The notes under the pieces are model-generated. The model was not told the origin of the DNA, ran no database searches, and saw only the letters and a program-made list of their open reading frames with translations. Made by a program: the position numbers and the translations under genes. Source: Candidatus Magasanikiibacteriota bacterium (GTDB lineage Bacteria > Patescibacteriota > Patescibacteriia > Magasanikbacterales > GWA2-37-8). From it: a stretch of 64,000 bases of DNA. Of this stretch, positions 11,664-19,654 are shown one piece after another. The DNA lies in contig CAWDHY010000001.1 in assembly GCA_963802255.1 (NCBI GenBank), positions 427,842-491,841 of the forward strand, in the 5' to 3' direction. Position 1 is the first letter of the stretch, and the number at the start of each line of letters is the position of its first letter.

Positions 11664-13070
11664 ATGAATGTACTGTATATAGGCGGCGGGTTTGTTGGAG
11701 CTTGCTCTGCCGCGGTTTCGGCCGATAGCGGGCACAATACATTGGTGTATGATATTGATGAAAAAAAGGTAGAAAATTTAGGTTCATGCGATCGGGATAA
11801 AATTGAAGCCTGCCTTTTTGAAAATGGTTTGGCGGAAATGCTGATTCGGAATAAAGAAAATATTAAATTTTCGTCCGATTATAATAATGTTATAGAATTC
11901 CTTGATTGCGTAGAGGTCGTATTCATGTGCTTGCCGACACCGGAAAAAAATTATGAATCCGGAGAATCGGATTTAAGTTATTATTATGCTGCGACAGAAA
12001 AATTGGCGGCTAATTTGTCAAAACGGAATGGTGGAAAACAAGAAAAATATGTTGTGATAATAAATAAGAGTACAGTGCCGATTGATATGGTAGATGAAAC
12101 GCGTCGTATAATGGAAAACTTTAAAGTAGTTAATTTTGGCGCAGTATCAAATCCGGAATTTCTTGTTGAAGGCAAAGCGATAGAAGGATCTATTCACCCC
12201 GACAGAGTATTGGTTGGTGCATCAAGTCAGAAAGATTTTGATATTATCAGACGGCTTTATCAAAGATTTTCTAATTCGTCATCAATAAAATATATTGAAG
12301 TTAATCCTAAAGAAGCAGCCGCTGCAAAACTTGCTGCAAATTATATTCTTTTTAATAAAGTGGTGGCAACATATGAGGTGGTAGGCAGAATGTGTGAAAT
12401 ATTTAACGGTATAAAATTTGAGAATATTCGCGCTGCGTTGACGAGCGAACCAAGAATTGGCAGCTGGGGTTTTTATAACAGCGTTTATGCCGGAGGAAGT
12501 TGCTTTATTAAGGACGCGTTATCTTTAGCTCACCAGATGGAAGAAGCCGGCGCAAACGCAAATTATGTCCGTCAAACTTTGAATTCAAATACTTTTCAGC
12601 GTGATCATTTTTTTAGCCGGGCTCAAAAAGAAGCAAATTTTGATTGGAAGGATAAAAATGTTGCGATATTAGGCGTGGCTTTTAAGCAAGACACGAATGA
12701 CATAAGGAATTCAGCCGCCATCGATATTGTTGAGCATTTAATCAATTGTGGTGTTGAAACCGTGCGAATATATGACCCTGCGGCCATGCTGATGTTTAAA
12801 AACATGTTAGATCCGATAAAGAATGTTCATTACGAAAAAATTGTTTATTTTGATAATGAAATTGATGCGCTACGAGGAACAAATGCGGTGCTAATATTAA
12901 CCGATTGGCCGAAATTCAGAGCAGTAGGCGATGTGATTATGGAAAACTGCAAGACACCTTATTTGATTATGGATGGAAGGCGTATGATTGCGGACCAGTT
13001 TGAAAAATTATCAGATTTGGGTTACGATATTTTGGCAGTTGGCAGTCCTTTTATTAAAGGAAAAAAATAA
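11664..13070 (+). CDS. ugd: UDP-glucose 6-dehydrogenase family
   Basis: IGGGFVG, CLPTP, KSTVP, NPEFL, GGSCFIKD (catalytic Cys), FKQDTNDIR. Confidence 0.9.
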   Translation: MNVLYIGGGFVGACSAAVSADSGHNTLVYDIDEKKVENLGSCDRDKIEACLFENGLAEMLIRNKENIKFSSDYNNVIEFLDCVEVVFMCLPTPEKNYESGESDLSYYYAATEKLAANLSKRNGGKQEKYVVIINKSTVPIDMVDETRRIMENFKVVNFGAVSNPEFLVEGKAIEGSIHPDRVLVGASSQKDFDIIRRLYQRFSNSSSIKYIEVNPKEAAAAKLAANYILFNKVVATYEVVGRMCEIFNGIKFENIRAALTSEPRIGSWGFYNSVYAGGSCFIKDALSLAHQMEEAGANANYVRQTLNSNTFQRDHFFSRAQKEANFDWKDKNVAILGVAFKQDTNDIRNSAAIDIVEHLINCGVETVRIYDPAAMLMFKNMLDPIKNVHYEKIVYFDNEIDALRGTNAVLILTDWPKFRAVGDVIMENCKTPYLIMDGRRMIADQFEKLSDLGYDILAVGSPFIKGKK

Positions 13071-13073
13071 TTT

Positions 13074-13988
13074 ATGAGCAAATATTTAATTACCGGCGGT
13101 GCCGGATTTATCGGAGCAAACTTAGTAAAGAAATTACTCAGCGACGGCCATGAAGTTGTTGTGGTTGACAATTATGCCGGAGGGAAAAGAGAAGACAGAA
13201 TATTTGACGGCGCGAAATATATTGATGAAGATGTCGGTAATTTAGATAAGATTAATGAAATTTGTAAAGAAAAATTCGACGGAATTTTTCATATGGCGGC
13301 TTTGCCGAGGGTTTCCTATTCGGTTGAACACCCGGTTGAAACGCATCAGACAAATGTCACAGGGACATTAAATGTTTTATTTGCGGCGAAAGAAAATAAT
13401 ATAAGACGTGTTGTATTTTGTTCTTCTGCGGCAGTTTATGGTGATCAGGAAAAAACTCCAATGGATGAAACACTTCAGCCACGGCCGGTCAGTCCATACG
13501 GATTACATAAATTAATGGGGGAGCAGTATTGTTCGCTGTTCAGTACTCTCTATGGTGTTGAAACCGTAAGTTTGCGGTATTTCAATGTCTATGGCCCGTA
13601 TTTTGACCCTGAGGGCGCTTACGCGCTGGTGGTTGGCAAGTTTATTGAACAGAGAAAAAATAATCAGCCGATGACAGTTTGCGGTGATGGTGAATACTAT
13701 CGTGATTATATTCATGTTTTAGATGTTATCAGCGCGAATTTGGCGGCAATGGAGAGTACTGCGGTTGGAAAGGGAGAAATTATTAATATTGGAAGCGGAG
13801 AGAGTTGTTCGGTGAATGATTTGGTAAAAATGATCGGCGGACCGGCGGTAAATATCGCCCCGCGACAGGGCGACCCGTTAAGAACCGAGGCTGATATCGG
13901 AAAGGCGAAAGAACTGCTTGGCTGGGCACCAGAAATAAAATTAGAAGATGGAATTGCCGAATTAAAAAAAGAGTGGGGAATAGAATAA
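13074..13988 (+). CDS. NAD-dependent nucleotide-sugar epimerase/dehydratase
   Basis: [20 protein letters not shown] (YxxxK), LRYFNVYGP. Confidence 0.9.
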   Translation: MSKYLITGGAGFIGANLVKKLLSDGHEVVVVDNYAGGKREDRIFDGAKYIDEDVGNLDKINEICKEKFDGIFHMAALPRVSYSVEHPVETHQTNVTGTLNVLFAAKENNIRRVVFCSSAAVYGDQEKTPMDETLQPRPVSPYGLHKLMGEQYCSLFSTLYGVETVSLRYFNVYGPYFDPEGAYALVVGKFIEQRKNNQPMTVCGDGEYYRDYIHVLDVISANLAAMESTAVGKGEIINIGSGESCSVNDLVKMIGGPAVNIAPRQGDPLRTEADIGKAKELLGWAPEIKLEDGIAELKKEWGIE

Positions 13989-13989
13989 T

Positions 13990-14020
13990 AAAAAAATCCC
14001 GGCCAATCAAGCCGGGATTT
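13990..14020. terminator. Intrinsic terminator between convergent epimerase and rpmA
   Basis: AAATCCCGGC-N7-GCCGGGATTT inverted repeat with flanking A/T tracts. Confidence 0.8.
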
Positions 14021-14032
14021 AAAATTATTTTT

Positions 14033-14311
14033 TTACGCAGTTACCACGCTGACAAATTTTGCTGTTTTCAGCGCTCCGTCAAAGCGTTTGCGTTTTCGTG
14101 TTGCAAACTGAACTTTGCCATTGGCGGTTGAAAAGAGGGTGTCGTCATTGCCTTTTTTAACATTTTTACCGGGATGAATTCTTGTACCGCGCTGTTTCAC
14201 AATAATCATACCCGGTTTGATTGTTTCTCCGTCGTGAACTTTTACTCCCAGCCGTTTTGCTTTTGAATCTCGGCCGAGCCGTGTAGAACCGCCGGCTTTC
14301 TTATGGGACAT
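14033..14311 (-). CDS. rpmA: 50S ribosomal protein L27
   Basis: [16 protein letters not shown]...[10 protein letters not shown]. Confidence 0.97.
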   Translation of the reverse strand: MSHKKAGGSTRLGRDSKAKRLGVKVHDGETIKPGMIIVKQRGTRIHPGKNVKKGNDDTLFSTANGKVQFATRKRKRFDGALKTAKFVSVVTA

Positions 14312-14363
14312 ATATAAAAATGATTATTTTATAAAATAAAAATCATAAATGATTAGTGCCAGC

Positions 14364-14392
14364 ATTATATGATAAAATCGGCTTCTTGTCAA
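14364..14392 (-). promoter_or_regulatory. Sigma70 promoter of rpmA
   Basis: Perfect TTGACA-17 bp-TATAAT on the minus strand. Confidence 0.85.
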
Positions 14393-14414
14393 GAGAATAC
14401 TACTTTGATAAACT
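14386..14414 (+). promoter_or_regulatory. Putative sigma70 promoter of the wecA-like gene
   Basis: TTGTCA-17 bp-TAAACT with extended TG, followed by GGAGG and ATG at 14428. Confidence 0.6.
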
Positions 14415-14427
14415 TGGAGGCATAAAT

Positions 14428-15465
14428 ATGCCACTTTTTTTAGCTTCTGCTACAATTTGTTTCGTTTTATCGCTTGTTGTCCGTAAATTGGCCATAAAAG
14501 TGAACGTGGTGGATTCTCCGGACGACAATCTGAAAAAACACGCTTCTCCGGTTCCTCTTTGGGGCGGACTGGCGGTATTTTTAGCTTTTTGGGCGGTTGT
14601 ATTTTGGCTGATTTTTTTTACCGACATTAATCATAAGCATCTTTCAGACGCAAGTTTGATCGGAATTTTTTTGGGTAGCACAATTTTAGTCGTTGTCGGG
14701 CTGATTGATGATAAATACAAGATTTCACCTTTGAGCAGGCTGGGTGCTACGGCGGTGGCGGCTTTTTGCGTTATTGCCGGTGGTACCGAACTGACCGCTA
14801 TCACCAACCCCTTTGGCGGATACATTCCTCTCGATCTATGGCAAGTTGGGGATTTATTAGTGCTAGCTAATATTCTGATTTTTTTATGGATCTTCGGTAT
14901 GACTTATACGGTAAAGATTTTGGACGGTTTAGATGGCTTGGTAGCTGGTGTAGTGCTTATAGGCGCGCTGATGATACATTTTCTAACCGCTTCGGGAAAA
15001 TTTTATCAGGCGGATATTACCGCCATTTCATTGATTCTTGCCGGTGTCTGCGCCGGTATATTAGTACTTAATTTCCATCCGGCAAAAATATTTCTCGGTG
15101 AAGCAGGCGGTTTATTTTTGGGTTTTATTTTAGGCGCGCTGGCCATTGTCGCCGGCGGAAAAATTGCCACCGCTCTTTTAGTAATGGCTGTACCGATATT
15201 AGACTTGGTCCGCGTTATCTATTTGCGGATCAAGACAGGTCAAGCTGTATTCACCGGAGACCGCCGTCATCTTCATTTTAAATTGCTGGATTTGGGTTTT
15301 GGACACAGACAGACGGTTGTATTTTATTATTTTATCGCTTTTTCTTTTGGTATTACCACGCTTTTTTTGCATAGCTGGGGTAAACTGATAGCTCTCGGAA
15401 TTTTAACAATCGGCATGGTGGTTTTTGGCTTTTGGCTGGCCGGTAAAAAAGAAAAATATGTCTGA
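14428..15465 (+). CDS. Undecaprenyl-phosphate GlcNAc-1-phosphate transferase (WecA/TagO, MraY family)
   Basis: PLWGGLA, GLIDDK, LDGLDGL, NFHPAKIFLGEAG, DRRHLH; multiple TM segments. Confidence 0.88.
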   Translation: MPLFLASATICFVLSLVVRKLAIKVNVVDSPDDNLKKHASPVPLWGGLAVFLAFWAVVFWLIFFTDINHKHLSDASLIGIFLGSTILVVVGLIDDKYKISPLSRLGATAVAAFCVIAGGTELTAITNPFGGYIPLDLWQVGDLLVLANILIFLWIFGMTYTVKILDGLDGLVAGVVLIGALMIHFLTASGKFYQADITAISLILAGVCAGILVLNFHPAKIFLGEAGGLFLGFILGALAIVAGGKIATALLVMAVPILDLVRVIYLRIKTGQAVFTGDRRHLHFKLLDLGFGHRQTVVFYYFIAFSFGITTLFLHSWGKLIALGILTIGMVVFGFWLAGKKEKYV

Positions 15466-15928
15466 AAAAAGTAAAATTAAAAAATGGCACATATATTCAT
15501 TTATAATTATCGTTATCGCTTTTATCGGTTTAAAATTGTTTGATATATTTTATTGGCCCAGTGCTCACATTCAAATTGGCGGTCAGGAAATCAGTGTTAA
15601 AGTCGCAGACACTCCGTCGCATCAGCATAAGGGCCTAAGCGGAAAAAATGGTTTGGGGGAAAATGAGGGAATGTGGTTTAAAATGACTACGCCCGGTTAT
15701 TACACAATGGTTATGAGAGATATGAACTTTTCAATTGATATTGTTTGGATCAACGAGAATGAGATTGTTGACATCGCCCCTGGTTTATTGCCCGAAAAGG
15801 ATAGCCCTGAAGCCCTGTTAACGCGCTACAGGCCTCGTTTGCCTGCTACAGCGGTCATTGAACTCCCGGCAGGTTTTGCTTCGTCTAATGGTCTAAAAAT
15901 AGGGGATACGGTTGTTTTTATGCCATAA
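15458..15928 (+). CDS. DUF192 family protein
   Basis: VADTP..HKGLSG, EGMWF, MRDMNFSIDIVWI, VIELPAG; N-terminal TM. Confidence 0.85.
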   Translation: MSEKSKIKKWHIYSFIIIVIAFIGLKLFDIFYWPSAHIQIGGQEISVKVADTPSHQHKGLSGKNGLGENEGMWFKMTTPGYYTMVMRDMNFSIDIVWINENEIVDIAPGLLPEKDSPEALLTRYRPRLPATAVIELPAGFASSNGLKIGDTVVFMP

Positions 15929-15932
15929 GCGC

Positions 15933-15961
15933 TTGACATTTTATTAAAATATTGCTATTTT
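15933..15961 (+). promoter_or_regulatory. Sigma70 promoter of rplU
   Basis: TTGACA-17 bp-TATTTT with extended TG. Confidence 0.65.
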
Positions 15962-15993
15962 ATAGTCCTTACAAATAACTAACAGTGAAATTT

Positions 15994-16299
15994 ATGTACG
16001 CAGTAATTGAAACCGGCGGTAAACAATATCTGGTAAAAAATGGTCTTAGCTTAAAGATTGAAAAATTGCCTAAAGTTGAAGGTGAAAAAATATCTTTTGA
16101 CAAGGTACTATTAACCGCTAATGACAAGGGTGGAGACGTAAAAATCGGCGATCCGTATCTGGCCGGTGTTAGCGTTGAAGCTACGATCGTAAAACAGGGC
16201 CATTACAAGACTGTCAGAGTTGAAAAATTCAAAAGAAAAGTCCGTTATCACAAAGTTCACGGACAGAGACAAAGATTCTCAGAAGTTAAAATCGCATAA
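15994..16299 (+). CDS. rplU: 50S ribosomal protein L21
   Basis: MYAVIETGGKQYLV...HGQRQRFSEVKI. Confidence 0.96.
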   Translation: MYAVIETGGKQYLVKNGLSLKIEKLPKVEGEKISFDKVLLTANDKGGDVKIGDPYLAGVSVEATIVKQGHYKTVRVEKFKRKVRYHKVHGQRQRFSEVKIA

Positions 16300-16302
16300 A
16301 AG

Positions 16303-16332
16303 AAAAACCCCGGCTGGATGTCGGGGTTTTTT
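16303..16332. terminator. Bidirectional terminator rplU/recR
   Basis: AAAAACCCCGGC...GTCGGGGTTTTT. Confidence 0.8.
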
Positions 16333-16927
16333 AGTGCCGGTTTTTTAGCGCGCTGCCGAGAGTAATTTCATCCGCGTATTGCAGGTCTGAACCCATGGGC
16401 AAGCCGCGGGCCAGCCGTGTAATTTTAATCGCCGGCCATCGTTTTTTTATTTCTCTGTCCAGATACATGGCGGTAGTTTCTCCGGGAAGGTCCTGATTTA
16501 GGGCCAGAATAATCTCCTTAATTTTTTTTGTCTCCATCCGCTTCCACAATTCCGCAATTTTAATATTGCCGATGGCGTCATTAACTTCGGTAGCGTCTAT
16601 TAATCCGCGCAGTACATGAAATGACCCGCTATATTCATTTGTTTTTTCAATAGCGGCGATATCGGGAACTTCGGCGACAATACAAATGATTGATTGATCG
16701 CGTTTTGAGCTGGCGCAAATAGGACAAGGTGAGATGTCGGAAAAATTCCAGCATGTTTCACAGCTCTTAACCTTTTTTAATAAGTTGTCCAGTGATTCCC
16801 GCAATTCGTTGACTTCTTTTTTTCCCGACGCCAGCCAATGAAAAACAAAACGCTCGGCCGTTTTTTGACCGACCGAGGGCAGCTTTTTAAGCGCTTCAAT
16901 CAGATTGTTGATTGGCGCGGAGTACAT
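16331..16927 (-). CDS. recR: Recombination protein RecR
   Basis: HhH LPSVGQKTAER, C4 zinc finger, TOPRIM, RLARGLPMGSDLQYADEITL. Confidence 0.96.
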   Translation of the reverse strand: MYSAPINNLIEALKKLPSVGQKTAERFVFHWLASGKKEVNELRESLDNLLKKVKSCETCWNFSDISPCPICASSKRDQSIICIVAEVPDIAAIEKTNEYSGSFHVLRGLIDATEVNDAIGNIKIAELWKRMETKKIKEIILALNQDLPGETTAMYLDREIKKRWPAIKITRLARGLPMGSDLQYADEITLGSALKNRH

Positions 16928-16936
16928 AAAAAATAA

Positions 16937-17245
16937 TTATGATTTCATTCCCGGCAGATCGAATCCGCCCATTTCCTGCATTTTTGTCGCCACGGTTCGT
17001 TGCATTTTTTTAAGCGCGTCATTGTGGGCATCTTTTACAGCGCTTTGCAGTTTTTCTTTTTTGTCCGGCGACATTAATTCATCATCAATTTTTATCTGTG
17101 TGATGTTTAATGAGCCATCCATAGTTAAAGATACTTTGCCGAACGCGGCGTCGCAGGTTACCGACTCACCGCTTAACGCGCCTTGCAGGCGTTTACCTTG
17201 CTCGCGTAAATCCTTGAATTGTTTGAGTTTAGAGAAAACTGACAT
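16937..17245 (-). CDS. YbaB/EbfC nucleoid-associated protein
   Basis: Size, GKVSLTMDG and AHNDALKK pattern, position upstream of recR; start reassigned to MSVFSK. Confidence 0.85.
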   Translation of the reverse strand: MSVFSKLKQFKDLREQGKRLQGALSGESVTCDAAFGKVSLTMDGSLNITQIKIDDELMSPDKKEKLQSAVKDAHNDALKKMQRTVATKMQEMGGFDLPGMKS

Positions 17246-17303
17246 ATAGTGAAAATTAGAAATTATAAAGACATGAATAATTATATCAGATTTTTCAGAA
17301 AAA

Positions 17304-18767
17304 TTACATCGGTGGAGTCTGCGGCACCTCGGGTTTCTTTTCAAAATCCGATTTAGGGCGGAGTTTAACCGGCGCCTGCGGGATATTTACGTTGGATAGA
17401 TTTTTTGATTGCGGATCCAAATTTTTAAATGAAGTGCATGCTTCATTAAAGAAAACCTTAACCATGCCGGTTGGTCCGTTACGATGTTTTTCAATTCTTA
17501 ATTCAGCGATATATCTCTCATCCGGCGAAATATCCTCCGGACGATAATTTGTATCGCGCGCTTTTCGATATATAAACATTACCACATCGGCATCCTGCTC
17601 AATTGAACCGGATTCCCGCAAATGAGACAGCTTTGGTATGGCCGGCTTGCTTTGTTCAACCGCGCGGGATAATTGCGAAAGTGCGATGACCGGTACATTG
17701 AGTTCGCGGGCGATACCTTTTAATCCGCGGGTTATTTCAGCAACTTCCTGCACGCGATTTTCCTGATTGCTGCGCGATTGCATCAGTTGAAGGTAATCAA
17801 TGACAATTACACCGAGGCCATGCTCGGCCTGCAGACGCCGGGCCTTGGTACGCAATTGCAATATGTTGATATTTGGTGAATCGTCGATAAATATCGGGGC
17901 CTCCGACAATTTACCGATTGCGTGACCGATCCGCGGGAAATCATCATCCTCGGGCCGGTCTGAAAGACGGCCGCTCCGAAGGCGCCAGAGATCGATATTG
18001 GCCTCTGCGCAAAGTAAGCGGTCTACCATTTGTTCCTTGCTCATTTCCAAAGAAAACATACCGACCGGCACTTTCAATTTTGTACCGATGTGCCTGATAA
18101 AATCTAAAGCCAGAGATGTTTTTCCGACACTGGGACGGGCGGCGATAATAATCAAGTCTGATTTTTGAAAACCGGCGAGCAATTGATCAAGCTGGATGAT
18201 GCCGCTGGCGAGACCGCGCAGTTGACCCTTATTTTTATGCAATTCATCAATGCGGTCGAAGGCATCAGCCAACACGCCGCGGATAGGGGTAAATGTTTGT
18301 TTGAAATAATTTTGTGATACGCCGAATAGATGTCTTTGTGCTTCGTCCAGGACGTTATCAATTTCTCCCTCTTCGGCATAACCCAAACGGCTGATTTCGT
18401 GAGCGGCGGTTAACAGGCGTCTACGGGTTGCTTTCCGGTGCACAATTGAAGCGTAATTGACCACATTGGAAGCCGTAGGAACTGAATCGGCCAAAGCAAC
18501 CAGATATGATTTTCCGCCAATGTTATCCAGCAGATTTTTTTCTTTTAAACGGTTGCTTAAAGTCAGTAAATCAACCGGCTCATTGTGAGAATATAATTCA
18601 ATTATTGTTTCATAAATTTTAGCGTGTCCGGTTTTATAAAAATCTTCCGGCGAAACGATATCGGCGATTTTTAATATTGCTTCCTTATCAATCAAAAGAG
18701 AGCCGAGTAGTGACATCTCGGCTTCTAAACTTTGAGGCGGTACTTTGTCTATTTGATTATCATCCAT
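17304..18767 (-). CDS. dnaB: Replicative DNA helicase
   Basis: PPQSLEAE, AARPSVGKT, IDYLQLM, LSQLSR, LRESGSIEQDAD, KHRNGPTG. Confidence 0.97.
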   Translation of the reverse strand: MDDNQIDKVPPQSLEAEMSLLGSLLIDKEAILKIADIVSPEDFYKTGHAKIYETIIELYSHNEPVDLLTLSNRLKEKNLLDNIGGKSYLVALADSVPTASNVVNYASIVHRKATRRRLLTAAHEISRLGYAEEGEIDNVLDEAQRHLFGVSQNYFKQTFTPIRGVLADAFDRIDELHKNKGQLRGLASGIIQLDQLLAGFQKSDLIIIAARPSVGKTSLALDFIRHIGTKLKVPVGMFSLEMSKEQMVDRLLCAEANIDLWRLRSGRLSDRPEDDDFPRIGHAIGKLSEAPIFIDDSPNINILQLRTKARRLQAEHGLGVIVIDYLQLMQSRSNQENRVQEVAEITRGLKGIARELNVPVIALSQLSRAVEQSKPAIPKLSHLRESGSIEQDADVVMFIYRKARDTNYRPEDISPDERYIAELRIEKHRNGPTGMVKVFFNEACTSFKNLDPQSKNLSNVNIPQAPVKLRPKSDFEKKPEVPQTPPM

Positions 18768-18775
18768 GTTTTTGT

Positions 18776-18815
18776 AAAAAGGAGAATCCCCGTCGACATG
18801 AGGATCCTCCTTTTT
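18776..18815 (-). terminator. Terminator-like hairpin in the dnaB 5' leader
   Basis: Minus strand AAAAAGGAGGAUCCUC-N8-GGGGAUUCUCCUUUUU, ending 8 nt before the dnaB ATG. Confidence 0.6.
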
Positions 18816-18835
18816 GGTCGTTCAATTACTCGGGT

Positions 18836-18864
18836 ATGCTATCTTAAGAGGCCGGCTTTAGCAA
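18836..18864 (-). promoter_or_regulatory. Putative dnaB promoter
   Basis: TTGCTA-17 bp-TAGCAT. Confidence 0.5.
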
Positions 18865-18901
18865 GCAAGAAAGACTGATAATATGTGCGTAAATTGTTGA
18901 T

Positions 18902-18928
18902 AAAAAAGCCGCATATTTAGCGGCTTTT
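18902..18928 (-). terminator. Terminator of the CDP-alcohol phosphatidyltransferase gene
   Basis: AAAAGCCGC-N7-GCGGCTTTT(TT) overlapping the stop codon. Confidence 0.7.
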
Positions 18929-19567
18929 GGTGTGCTGGTTCTTTTTGTGGGCAATGGATAGACAGGCAAACGGAAGGGATAGGGCGAGGTTAGCGATTGC
19001 CACCCAGATAAACGGGTGATCCGCATCCGGGTAGGCCACAATAATGGCGCCAAGTCCTATAACCTGCAAATTAAACTTTAGCTTGCCGGCATAGGTGGCT
19101 TTTAGTTCCCGTTTAACTGCGGTATTTGACCTGTTGTACGCGAAGTCACGGGTTCTGACGATAGCGAGGGTTAACTCGCTTGCCGATGCAATCAGACAAA
19201 GGGTCAAAATAAGCATGGCGCGGAAATCGGTAGGTGACATCGTCAGGAGCCGGATTGAAATCGGCAAGGCGATTGCTGAGAAGAATAGTTTGTCCGAAAT
19301 CGGATCAAGAAATTTCCCCAGCTCTGATACCTCGTTCCGGCCTCTTGCCAGAGCTCCGTCAACATAATCCAGTGATCCGGCGAATACGAACATTATCATA
19401 GCCGGAATTGTGTGCTGATAATAAATCAGAACAACAATCGGCAGGGCCAGAATCGTCCGAAAAATTGTAACCATATTCGGGCTAAGTCCCTTTGGCGTGG
19501 CAGTTGCGATGCGTCCTTCAAGGTGCCGGTTTAACCAGCGGTATGATTTTAAAAAGATCGTCTCCAT
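18917..19567 (-). CDS. CDP-alcohol phosphatidyltransferase (PgsA-like)
   Basis: PNMVTIFR and DYVDGALAR-x8-GKFLDPISD signature; AAAGGAGG SD before the ATG at 19567. Confidence 0.9.
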   Translation of the reverse strand: METIFLKSYRWLNRHLEGRIATATPKGLSPNMVTIFRTILALPIVVLIYYQHTIPAMIMFVFAGSLDYVDGALARGRNEVSELGKFLDPISDKLFFSAIALPISIRLLTMSPTDFRAMLILTLCLIASASELTLAIVRTRDFAYNRSNTAVKRELKATYAGKLKFNLQVIGLGAIIVAYPDADHPFIWVAIANLALSLPFACLSIAHKKNQHTKSR

Positions 19568-19654
19568 ACAACCTCCTTTGAGAGAGCCGAGTATCAATGT
19601 AGTGCCTTTTGCTTTTTTTGTCAATCTTTAATATAATTCAAATTACTAACCAAT

